From Pseudomonadota bacterium (GTDB lineage: Bacteria; Desulfobacterota; Desulfovibrionia; Desulfovibrionales; Desulfovibrionaceae), in assembly GCA_018817515.1 (NCBI GenBank), contig JAHIUD010000044.1, positions 7,031-71,030 on the forward strand: a DNA stretch of 64,000 nt, read 5' to 3'. The notes beneath the pieces were generated by a model. It searched no databases. It had not been told where the DNA came from and saw only the letters and a list, made by a program, of their open reading frames with translations. Positions within the stretch are counted from its first letter, which is position 1. Each line of letters opens with the position of its first letter. Below are positions 9,346 to 17,784 of the stretch, one piece after another. The position numbers and the translations under genes are program-made.

Positions 9346-10311
9346 ATGCCCGGCCTCATCGCCCTGATCCTGGCCCTGGCCACCCTGTTCTTCGTGCTGT
9401 TCGTCATGAACGCCGTGGGTGCTGCGGCGCGCAAGCGCCACGAGCGCGTGGGCGAGCGGGTAAAGGCCCTGGCCCTGGCCGGGCCGGATGTCTCAAGCCA
9501 GGACATCGTGCGCCGCTCGGTCTTAAGCGAGGTGCCCTGGTTCCACCGCCTGCTGGCCGACATGAACTGGATCCGCGACTTTGAGCGCGTCATCCGCCAG
9601 GCCAAGATGACCGGCACCCCCGGCATGTACGTGCTGCTCTCCGCCGTCCTGGCCGTGGCGGGCTTTGGGGCGGCGCATCTCTTCACGGGCTCGTCCCTGG
9701 CCGCCTTGATAGCGGCATCGCTCCTCGGCCCGCTGCCCGTGGTGCGTGTGTACCGTCGCCGTGCGGCGCGCATGCAGAACCTCCAGCGCCAGCTGCCCGA
9801 CGCGCTGGATTTGATCGCCCGCGCCCTCAAGGCCGGCAACACCTTTGCCGGGGGCATGCGCATGGTGGCCGACGAGTTCGCCGACCCCATCGGCCCGGAG
9901 TTCGGCATCACCCTCGATGAGATCAACTTCGGCATGGACACCGAGAAGGCCCTGCACAACCTCATGGAGCGCGTGGACTCACTCGACCTCAAGTTCTTCG
10001 TGGTTTCGGTGAACATCCAGCGCGAGACCGGCGGCAACCTCTCGGAGATCATCGGCAACACGGCCGCGCTCATCCGCGAGCGCTTCAAGATATATGGCCG
10101 CATCCGCATCCTTTCGGCGGAGGGCCGTATCTCGGCCATCGTGCTCCTGGCCATGCCCTTTGCGGCGGCGGGCGTCTTGTACCTGATCAAGCCCGACTAC
10201 ATGCTGCAGCTCGTCACCGAGCCCTTGGGCCAGCTCATGGTCAAGTCCGCCCTGGTGTCCATGACCATCGGCTATTTCATCATCCGGCGCCTGGTCAATT
10301 TCAAGGTCTAG
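9346..10311 (+). CDS. tadB: TadB inner-membrane platform protein (T2SSF family)
   Basis: LPDALDLIARALKAGNTF and ETGGNLSEII motifs. RBS GAGGAGG. Confidence 0.9.
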   Translation: MPGLIALILALATLFFVLFVMNAVGAAARKRHERVGERVKALALAGPDVSSQDIVRRSVLSEVPWFHRLLADMNWIRDFERVIRQAKMTGTPGMYVLLSAVLAVAGFGAAHLFTGSSLAALIAASLLGPLPVVRVYRRRAARMQNLQRQLPDALDLIARALKAGNTFAGGMRMVADEFADPIGPEFGITLDEINFGMDTEKALHNLMERVDSLDLKFFVVSVNIQRETGGNLSEIIGNTAALIRERFKIYGRIRILSAEGRISAIVLLAMPFAAAGVLYLIKPDYMLQLVTEPLGQLMVKSALVSMTIGYFIIRRLVNFKV

Positions 10312-10321
10312 GAGGCGCGCC

Positions 10322-11284
10322 ATGAACAACGGCATGCTCATCCCGCTTTTGGCCTCGGTCCTGGCCTTCGCCTCGGTGCTGCTCCTGGGCTTCGGCGTGC
10401 TCAGCGCCCAGCGCGAGGCCGAGCGCTTTTCGCGCCTGCGCCAGAAGGTGGCCGGGTACGCGGGGGTCAACGATGCGCTTGCTCCCGCCGAGTCCGTGGC
10501 GGTTCGCCTGGGCCGCATGCTGGCCGAACTGGTCCGCGGCCTGGGCGCGCGCCTGGGCCCGAAGGAACAGGAAAGCCTGGGCCAGACGAAGCTCGACCTC
10601 ATCCGCGCGGGTCTGCGTGGGCCGGGCGCGGTGCAGGCCTTTCATGGGGCCAAGGCCGCGCTCATGCTCATCCCGCCCAGCCTGTACCTCGGCGTGGTCT
10701 GGATCATGCCCAAGGCCCCGTCCGTGCAGGTCGTTGTCATCGGGGCGCTGGCCCTGGCCAGCCTGGGCGCGGTGCTGCCGGGCATGTGGCTGCGCCGCCG
10801 CATGGCCGCCCGGCGCTTGTCGCTGCTTTGCGAGCTGCCCGACGCGCTCGACCTGCTGGTGGTCTGCGTGGAGTCCGGCATGGGCCTGGACCAGGCCATC
10901 CACCGGGTCAGCGAGGAGCTGCGCGAGTCCGCCCCGGTGATCAGCGGTGAGCTGCGCACCATGACCCTGGAGATGCGCGCCGGACGCCAGCGCCAGCAGG
11001 CCCTGAAGGATCTGGCCGAACGCACGGGCATCGAGGACGTGCAGAGCCTGGTGACGCTGCTCGTACAGGCCGACACCTTCGGCATCAGCGTCGCGCGCAC
11101 CCTGCGCGTGTATTCCGACACCTTGCGCACCAGCCGGTTCCAGCGCGCCGAGGAGACCGCCGCCAAGCTGCCCACCAAGCTCATGTTCCCGCTGGTGCTG
11201 TGCATCTTCCCGGCGCTGTTCGTGGTGCTCATCGGCCCGGCGGTGTTGCAGCTTTCCCACGTCTTCGCCCGCATGGGCCAGTGA
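10322..11284 (+). CDS. tadC: TadC inner-membrane platform protein (T2SSF family)
   Basis: LPDALDLLVVCVESGMGLDQAI and AAKLPTKLMFPLVLCIFPALF. Confidence 0.9.
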   Translation: MNNGMLIPLLASVLAFASVLLLGFGVLSAQREAERFSRLRQKVAGYAGVNDALAPAESVAVRLGRMLAELVRGLGARLGPKEQESLGQTKLDLIRAGLRGPGAVQAFHGAKAALMLIPPSLYLGVVWIMPKAPSVQVVVIGALALASLGAVLPGMWLRRRMAARRLSLLCELPDALDLLVVCVESGMGLDQAIHRVSEELRESAPVISGELRTMTLEMRAGRQRQQALKDLAERTGIEDVQSLVTLLVQADTFGISVARTLRVYSDTLRTSRFQRAEETAAKLPTKLMFPLVLCIFPALFVVLIGPAVLQLSHVFARMGQ

Positions 11285-11296
11285 AAGGAGGCCCTC

Positions 11297-12463
11297 ATGC
11301 GCTTGATATTACGTTTCTGGAGAGGCCTCGGCCCGCTGCCGCTCATTGCCGCCCTGGCGCTCCTGCTCCCGGCCTGCGCCGCCCGGCAGGACAACGCCAG
11401 CGCGGATCTGCTTGATCCTGCCAATTCGGCGCGGCAGGAGTTCGTGGCCGACGTCCAGTTCAACGCAGGCCGCCTGCTGCTGGCGGTGCGGGGCTACGAC
11501 AAGGCCCTTGTGGCGCGGCCTGGCGATGTCGGGCTGCTGGTCAAGAAGGGCCAGGCTCTGTTGCGCCTGAACCGACTCGACGAGTCCTTGGAGGCCTTCC
11601 GCTTGGCCGTGGCTGCCAGCCCGGAGTCTTCCGGCGCGCACTACGGGGCAGGGCAGGCCAGCGAGCGGCTGGGCAGGCGCGACGAGGCCCGGCAATCCTT
11701 TGAGCGCGCCGTGGCCCTGGCTCCGGGCAGTTGGCGCGCGCGCTGCCATCTGGGCGTGCTGTTCATGAACCAGGGCCAGCCGGACAAGGCCGAGGAACAG
11801 TTTCTGGCGGCTCTGGCCACGCCCAGATTCCAGGCGCAGGCCGTGGCCCAGGCTGGAACATCTTCCGGAGCCCAGGCCGTGCCAGGACGCGAGGAACTGC
11901 TGAACAACCTGGCCGTGGCCCAGGTCTTGGCTGGGCGGCCTGAAACGGCGGTAAAGACCTTCCGCCTGGCCATGCAGGGCTCCCGCGATCCTGAGCGCAG
12001 CGCCAACAACCTGGGCCTGCTGCTGGTGCGCCTGGGCCGCCCGGCAGAGGCCCTGGACGCCTTCCGCGCTGGCGGCAGCGACGCCCGCGCCCTGAACAAC
12101 CTGGGCTACGCCTTGTACCTCCAGGGCGAGGTTGTCCGGGCCCAGGCCCTGTTCGAGAAGGCGCTGGACCTCTCGCCCGCGTATTACGTAACCGCAGGCG
12201 AGAACCTGAAGCAGGCGGTTGGCGGCGCACCGGCCGCTCCGACTAATATCGGCCTGGGTGCAGGGCAAAGCGCCGGAAGCCCTGGCGAGGCTGCTGCCCA
12301 GGGCAGGCCCAAGGACCGTGGCCACGGGGTCAGCACCACCAGCGAGGCCGCACCCCGTCTGGATTTGGAGCGCCTGTCGCTGACTGGGCGGGACGGAGAA
12401 GACCAGCATTTCGGCCAAGCCAGGCTGCTTGGCGAGGGCGCGGGACGGCAGTGGGCGTACTAG
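11297..12463 (+). CDS. tadD: TPR-repeat lipoprotein, TadD-like
   Basis: Lipobox LLLPAC and multiple TPR units. It is the terminal gene of the tad cluster. The C-terminal ~120 aa are low complexity. Confidence 0.72.
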   Translation: MRLILRFWRGLGPLPLIAALALLLPACAARQDNASADLLDPANSARQEFVADVQFNAGRLLLAVRGYDKALVARPGDVGLLVKKGQALLRLNRLDESLEAFRLAVAASPESSGAHYGAGQASERLGRRDEARQSFERAVALAPGSWRARCHLGVLFMNQGQPDKAEEQFLAALATPRFQAQAVAQAGTSSGAQAVPGREELLNNLAVAQVLAGRPETAVKTFRLAMQGSRDPERSANNLGLLLVRLGRPAEALDAFRAGGSDARALNNLGYALYLQGEVVRAQALFEKALDLSPAYYVTAGENLKQAVGGAPAAPTNIGLGAGQSAGSPGEAAAQGRPKDRGHGVSTTSEAAPRLDLERLSLTGRDGEDQHFGQARLLGEGAGRQWAY

Positions 12464-12530
12464 ACATGGCTGACCGGCAGCCTTGTGCCTCGGGCTATAG
12501 CTGTGATACAAAATGGAGGAAGTTGAGCGG

Positions 12531-15059
12531 ATGCTGTTTTTGGATCACCAATTTGAGGCCGGAAAACAAAGACTCATGCCGAAACCGTCGAAACGCACCA
12601 GCCTGGGCACCGCCGCGCCGCGAGCCACCAGCTCCCGTGGGGCTGACGCATCGTTGCGCCTGGCGCGGGGTCTGGCGGCCTGCTCGGACCTGCTGCACGG
12701 GGCCCGGCGCAACGGAGGCACTCTGGCCCGCGCCCTGGCGGCTCTGGCGCGCAAGGGCGGACTCTCCCGCGCAGCGATCTTCCTGAACCATGACGACCCC
12801 GAACATGGCCTGGGCTTGAGCCTTTTTGCCGAGGCCCAGGGCAACGGCACCCAGCCGTTGACGACCCCTGCGCCCGGGGAGCAGGTGGGCTACGCCGCCA
12901 TGGGCCTGGGCCGCCTGGCGCAGGACCTGTTCAAGGGCAATGTCCTGCACGGCTCCAGTACGGATTTTCCCGAGTCCGAGCGCCCCTTCCTTGAACAGGA
13001 CGGACCCGTGGCCACCGTGCTTCTGCCCATGCGCCACGACGGGGCCTGGCTGGGCTTTTTGCGTGTCGATGGGGCGGCCTCGCGCCGCTGGACCCTGGAG
13101 GAGCTGGCGCTTTTGCGGGTGTTGGCCGACCTCGTGGGTGGCCGGGTGGGCCGGGATCGCGCCGAGGCCTCGCTGCTTGTGGGGGCCCAGGCCCTGCGCG
13201 GCATGGTGGAGAACATGCCGGTGCTGGTGGTGGCCTTTGACGCCCACGGCGAGATCGTCTTCTGGAACCGCGAGTGCGAGCGCGTCTCCGGCTACTCCGC
13301 GGACGAGGTGCTGCACGATCGCGCCACCCCGGCACGCCTGTTCCCGGACGAGGCCTTCCGCCGCAGCCTGCGCGGCCGTGGCCAGGACCACCGCGATCTG
13401 GAAAGCCGCCTGACTTGCAAGGACGGAAGCGAGCGCATCATCGCCTGGTCCGACATCTCGCGCCAGTATCCGCTGCCGGGCTGGAAGGCCTGGCGCATCG
13501 GCGTGGACATGAGCCAGCGCCTGCTGGTGGAGCAGGCCGTGATCCAGGCCAAGCAGGAGTGGGAGAGCACGTTTGACTCCGTACCCGACCCCATCCTGCT
13601 TTTGGATGCGGATATGCGCGTGCGGCGGCTGAACATGGCCCTGGGCAGCCGTCTGGGCGTCCATCCGCGCAGCCTGGTGGGAAAATTTCTGGTGGAGGTG
13701 GCCGAGGAGGCCGGAGCCAACGAAGTCGCCGAGCGTATCCAGACCATGGCGGCCAGTTCGTTCTGCTCGTCCGAGGAGTTGACCATCCCGCGCTGGGGCG
13801 GGCACTTCCTGGTGGCTGTCTCGCCCTTCCATGGACGCGACGCTGCGCGCAGCGGATCCATCGTCGTGGCCCACGACATTTCGCACTGGAAGGAGCTGGA
13901 GCGTCAGCTCGAGCAGGCGCGTCGGCTGGAGGCCCTGGGCACCCTGGCCGGGGGCATCGCGCATGATTTCAACAACATCCTTGGCGTCATGCTGGGCTAT
14001 GCGGAGATGCTGGAGGTTTCGCTGCGTGGCGGGCCGCAGGAACGCCGCGTGGAGGAGATCCTGCGCGCCGGGACCCGCGCCAAGGAACTCATCGCCCAGA
14101 TCCTGACCTTCAGCCGCCAGGGCGAGGGCAACCCGGTTCCCCTGCGTCTGACGCCGCTGGTCAAGGAGGTGCTCCAGCACCTGCTGGTGTCCATGCCGCA
14201 GGGCATCAGCATACGCCGCCGCTTCGACAGCGCGGCCGATCTGGTGCTGGGCGACCCGACCCTGGTGCACCAGGTGGTGCTCAACCTGTGCACCAACGCC
14301 GTGCAGGCCATGCGCGACTCCGGCGGCATCCTGGAGGTCGCCGTGGACGAGCTGTACCTGGGCGCGGACCGTGCGCCGGACCTCTCGACCCTGGACCCCG
14401 GCACCTATGTGCGGCTGCGCGTGCGCGACACCGGACCGGGCATCCCGCCGGCCATCGTCGAGCGCATCTTCGACCCCTTTTTCACCACCAAGCGTCCGGG
14501 CGAGGGCACGGGCATGGGCCTTGCGGTGGTCCACGGCATTGTCCACAAGCTCGGCGGACGGATCAGCGTGGAGAGCGTGGCGGGTCTTGGCACCACCATG
14601 CGCGTGCTGTTGCCGCGCGCGCGCGGCGGCGAGGCCCAGGCCCAGCCGGAGGCCCAGACCACGGCGCCGGGCCAGGCACACATCCTGCTGGTGGATGACG
14701 AATTGCCCCTTGTGGACGTCTGGCGCGAGGCGCTGACCGGCCTGGGCTACCAGGTCACCACGGCAACCAGCGGCGAGCAGGCCTTGACCCTCTTTGCCGC
14801 GAGCCCGGATGGCTTTGACCTGGTGCTCACGGACCAGATCCTGCCGGGCCTGTCCGGCACGGATTTCGTGGGGGGAGTGCGGGCGCTTCGCCCCGCCTTG
14901 CCGGTCATCGTGTGGACGGGCCACAGCGATGCCGCCGCGCGGGAGGCCGCAGCGGGCCTGGGCGTGTTTGAGATTTTGTCCAAGCCTGTGCGCCAGGCCG
15001 ATCTTGTCCGCAGCCTGGAGCGCGCCATGGCGCCGGAAAGCCTTCCCCTGGAAGGATGA
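12531..15059 (+). CDS. hybrid sensor histidine kinase (GAF-like, PAS, PAS, HisKA, HATPase_c, receiver)
   Basis: H-box GGIAHDFNNIL. ATP-lid boxes NLCTNAVQA, DTGPGIP and GTGMGLAVV. C-terminal REC (ILLVDDE, LVLTDQILPG, SKP). The ATG at 12531 has GGAGGAAG upstream; the alternative ATG at 12513 lacks an SD. Confidence 0.9.
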   Translation: MLFLDHQFEAGKQRLMPKPSKRTSLGTAAPRATSSRGADASLRLARGLAACSDLLHGARRNGGTLARALAALARKGGLSRAAIFLNHDDPEHGLGLSLFAEAQGNGTQPLTTPAPGEQVGYAAMGLGRLAQDLFKGNVLHGSSTDFPESERPFLEQDGPVATVLLPMRHDGAWLGFLRVDGAASRRWTLEELALLRVLADLVGGRVGRDRAEASLLVGAQALRGMVENMPVLVVAFDAHGEIVFWNRECERVSGYSADEVLHDRATPARLFPDEAFRRSLRGRGQDHRDLESRLTCKDGSERIIAWSDISRQYPLPGWKAWRIGVDMSQRLLVEQAVIQAKQEWESTFDSVPDPILLLDADMRVRRLNMALGSRLGVHPRSLVGKFLVEVAEEAGANEVAERIQTMAASSFCSSEELTIPRWGGHFLVAVSPFHGRDAARSGSIVVAHDISHWKELERQLEQARRLEALGTLAGGIAHDFNNILGVMLGYAEMLEVSLRGGPQERRVEEILRAGTRAKELIAQILTFSRQGEGNPVPLRLTPLVKEVLQHLLVSMPQGISIRRRFDSAADLVLGDPTLVHQVVLNLCTNAVQAMRDSGGILEVAVDELYLGADRAPDLSTLDPGTYVRLRVRDTGPGIPPAIVERIFDPFFTTKRPGEGTGMGLAVVHGIVHKLGGRISVESVAGLGTTMRVLLPRARGGEAQAQPEAQTTAPGQAHILLVDDELPLVDVWREALTGLGYQVTTATSGEQALTLFAASPDGFDLVLTDQILPGLSGTDFVGGVRALRPALPVIVWTGHSDAAAREAAAGLGVFEILSKPVRQADLVRSLERAMAPESLPLEG

Positions 15060-15073
15060 GCAGCAGCGCCTGC

Positions 15074-16294
15074 CTAGAGCGCTTGCTTGAGCAGGGGCAG
15101 GCGGCGCAGCACGAAGTGTGTCAGCGGGAAGGTCAGGCCGATGCCAAGCGCCGTCACCGCGAAGAACGACTGAAGCGGGCCCAGGCTGGTTCCGGCCAGC
15201 GCATACTGGAGCAGCGTCACCACAGGCACGTGGAAGACGTAGACCGCAAATGCATTGTCCGACAAGATCTTCATCAGCCTTGTCTGCTGGGGAAAGCGCT
15301 CCCTGGTCAGGGTCAAGAGCCCGGCGCAGAAACCCACGCAGAGCACGCTCTCCCACACCGCGCGGTTGGCTGCGGCAATGGAGAACCCGCCGATCCTGAT
15401 GGGCAGGGGCAGCCCCGCGCCGCGTGCCATCCAAACAACCACACAGGCCGCCCCGATGCCGAGCCAGGTCCAGCCCGCGCGGGCCGGGAAGCGTTCGAAC
15501 CAGTCGCGGCGCGCAGCCACAATGCCGAGCACGAACATGGTCACGTACTGCGGCATGTGCGCGAACTCGATCTCCCAGATGCCCAGCAGCACCTTCCAAT
15601 CGTCCACGCTCCACCAGATGCGGATGAGAAACGTGCTGGCCGCGAGCCAGAGCGTCAGCCCGGCCAGGGCCAGATGCGCCGTGTGCGCGGCGATGGGCTC
15701 GGTTGGGCGTTTTGATGGGGCCGTGTCACGTCCGCCGGCCAGGAGCCGGTACAGCGCGTACACGCCGCCGAAGATGAACAGGTTCTCGATGAACCAGAGG
15801 TGGATGAACTCAAGATGGATGCCGGGGTCGCCGGGCCAGCCCAGCGGCCTGTCGGCGATGCCCAGGTACACGCCCTGGAAGAAATCCCAGTAGGGTACGG
15901 CGGGCAGGTGCTTGAAGAGCACCTCGTGGTAGTAGATGAAGATGGGGGTGATGCCCAGGACCATGAGCGCGGCGGGCACGCCGAAGCGCCACAGGCGGTC
16001 CAGCACGAAGCGGCCCGGCCCCTTGCGGTCCACGCTGCCGGGGTGGAAATACCCGGCCATGAGGAAGAACAGGCCCATGAAGAAGGCCTCGTTGACGCCG
16101 AAGAAGAGGTGGATCCAGTGCGAGCGCAGCGGCGACTGGAACAGCCACCAGCCATCGCTGCCGTAGGGCTGGCCCGCGTGGTGCGCTACCACCAGCATGG
16201 ACAGGAAGACGCGCACGTTGTCGATGTAGGCCAGACGGCTGCCGGGCTTGGCCGGTGGGATCAGGGCCGGTGGGATCAGGGCGGATGCGCTCAC
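15074..16294 (-). CDS. acyltransferase family 3 membrane protein
   Basis: YIDNVRVFLSMLVVAHHAG N-terminal signature and about 10 TM segments. Confidence 0.85.
   Translation of the reverse strand: MSASALIPPALIPPAKPGSRLAYIDNVRVFLSMLVVAHHAGQPYGSDGWWLFQSPLRSHWIHLFFGVNEAFFMGLFFLMAGYFHPGSVDRKGPGRFVLDRLWRFGVPAALMVLGITPIFIYYHEVLFKHLPAVPYWDFFQGVYLGIADRPLGWPGDPGIHLEFIHLWFIENLFIFGGVYALYRLLAGGRDTAPSKRPTEPIAAHTAHLALAGLTLWLAASTFLIRIWWSVDDWKVLLGIWEIEFAHMPQYVTMFVLGIVAARRDWFERFPARAGWTWLGIGAACVVVWMARGAGLPLPIRIGGFSIAAANRAVWESVLCVGFCAGLLTLTRERFPQQTRLMKILSDNAFAVYVFHVPVVTLLQYALAGTSLGPLQSFFAVTALGIGLTFPLTHFVLRRLPLLKQAL
16252..16281. repeat. perfect 15-bp tandem duplication (2 copies) in the acyltransferase 5' end
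   Basis: ccggtgggatcaggg occurs twice in tandem and encodes ALIPP-ALIPP. Confidence 0.9.
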
Positions 16295-16317
16295 GTGATG
16301 CTCCTAAAGGGTGCGGC

Positions 16318-17784
16318 CTATTTCTGCGGCGCGATGCCTGCCCCTTGCAGAATGGCCAAGGCTATCTGCTCATATTCCTTGTTGAAATGATGTCCGCCGG
16401 GCAGGACCAAGTTCTTTACGTTGGGAGCCTGGTAGTTCTGGCAGAGCGTGCCTTGCTCCTCGCTGCCGCAGACCAGCAGCACCGGGGTCTTGGCGAGTTT
16501 GGGCATTTCCGGGATCAGGGCGTGGCCCTCGGGCCGGTTCTCTTCCGTCAGCCAGTTGGACAGGCGGAACTCGAACTCCGTGTGCGTGCCCGGTCCGAGC
16601 ATGGCCACCAGGGTCAGCTTCTCGCGGGTGGGCGCGCTCATGCGCCCGGCCATGAAGGGCATGACGTCCGCGCCGATGGAGTAGCCCACCACGATGAAGC
16701 GCTCGGCACCCCACTGGGCGGCGTAGTGCGTCAGGGTGCGCTCCAGGTCATAGGCCATTTCGTCGGCTTCGCGCTTGTTCCAAAAATATTTCAGGGAGTT
16801 GAATCCGACAACATTGACGCCGTGAGCGGCCAGGATGTCGCCGATCTGCTGGTCGATGCCCGCCCAGCCTCCGTCGCCGGTGACGATGACGGCCAGCGTC
16901 TTGCCGGGATTGGCCGCCGGGAGCTCCACCAGGGGCAGGTCGCTGGCGTCGGCGTGGGGCGAAGCCGCAGTCCCCGCAGTCTTGGCCGGGGCCATGGCGT
17001 TGAGGGATTCCAGAAAGGCCGCGCGCCACAGGCCTGGATCGGCCAGCTTGCTCCCGCCCTTATCGAGCTCGACCACGCGCGCGCCCGGCACCTGGCTGGT
17101 GAAGGCCCTGGCCGCGTCCGGGCTGAAGGTCTCGTCCTTGCCGCCCTGGAGCAGCACCAGCGCGCCGAAGGGTTTGCTGACCGGAAACAGGATTATGCCG
17201 GGAGTCGCGCCCGGAGCTGTTTCGGGGGCGCTTTCGAACTTGAGGCCGTTGGCCGCGCAGAAAGGCTTGCCCAGGGCCAGCCGGGGCGAGAAGCCGAGGG
17301 TGATGGCCCCGCTGAAGGTCTCCTTGGGGGCCTGGGCAAAGGTGGCGTAGGCCACGGCGGCGCCCTCGCCGAAACCGGCCAGCACGGGCAGGTGGTAGCC
17401 CTTGAAGCCCAGCGTCTTCTGCACGATCTTGCTCAGGCCCTCGAACTCCCAGGCCTGGTAGAAGCAGCCCTCGGCCTTGGCGCGCTGGGGCGCGATGAGC
17501 CGGGCCGTGTCGATGCCCACCACCGTGGCGTCCATGTCTGCGATGGTGCGCGCGGCGCGGTCCATCTGTGCGTCCCAGCCGCCCTCGGACAAGAGCAGCA
17601 CGGTGCGGCCGGGCTCGCCCCCGTTGTGGTCCTGGTCGCGGTAGATGAGCACCTCGCCGAACACGCCGAAGCTGAGCTTCTCCGGGGCCTTCTCCGGCTT
17701 TGCGCAGGCTGTGCCCGCCAGACAAAGGGCCAGAAGCAGCAGGGCCAGGCAGGACGCGAAAAGGGATGTGGTGGACCGTTTCAT
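16318..17784 (-). CDS. AcvB/VirJ-family protein (virulence-factor family; lysyl-PG hydrolase type)
   Basis: Start at MKRSTTSL (signal peptide), with an ATGA overlap onto the MprF stop. VirJ-type motifs VIVTGDGGWAGID and VVGYSIGADVMPF. The 860-aa ORF in the track was trimmed. Confidence 0.85.
   Translation of the reverse strand: MKRSTTSLFASCLALLLLALCLAGTACAKPEKAPEKLSFGVFGEVLIYRDQDHNGGEPGRTVLLLSEGGWDAQMDRAARTIADMDATVVGIDTARLIAPQRAKAEGCFYQAWEFEGLSKIVQKTLGFKGYHLPVLAGFGEGAAVAYATFAQAPKETFSGAITLGFSPRLALGKPFCAANGLKFESAPETAPGATPGIILFPVSKPFGALVLLQGGKDETFSPDAARAFTSQVPGARVVELDKGGSKLADPGLWRAAFLESLNAMAPAKTAGTAASPHADASDLPLVELPAANPGKTLAVIVTGDGGWAGIDQQIGDILAAHGVNVVGFNSLKYFWNKREADEMAYDLERTLTHYAAQWGAERFIVVGYSIGADVMPFMAGRMSAPTREKLTLVAMLGPGTHTEFEFRLSNWLTEENRPEGHALIPEMPKLAKTPVLLVCGSEEQGTLCQNYQAPNVKNLVLPGGHHFNKEYEQIALAILQGAGIAPQK

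Noticed and set aside
8217-10190. 657-aa minus-strand ORF across cpaF/tadB
   Set aside because: It is antisense to two genes with unmistakable motifs (Walker A and T2SSF). It has Arg/Ala/Ser-rich shadow composition and no RBS context.
12495-15614. 1039-aa minus-strand ORF
   Set aside because: It is antisense to the hybrid kinase and out of frame with the acyltransferase. It has extreme Arg/Gly/Ala/His bias and no recognisable domain.
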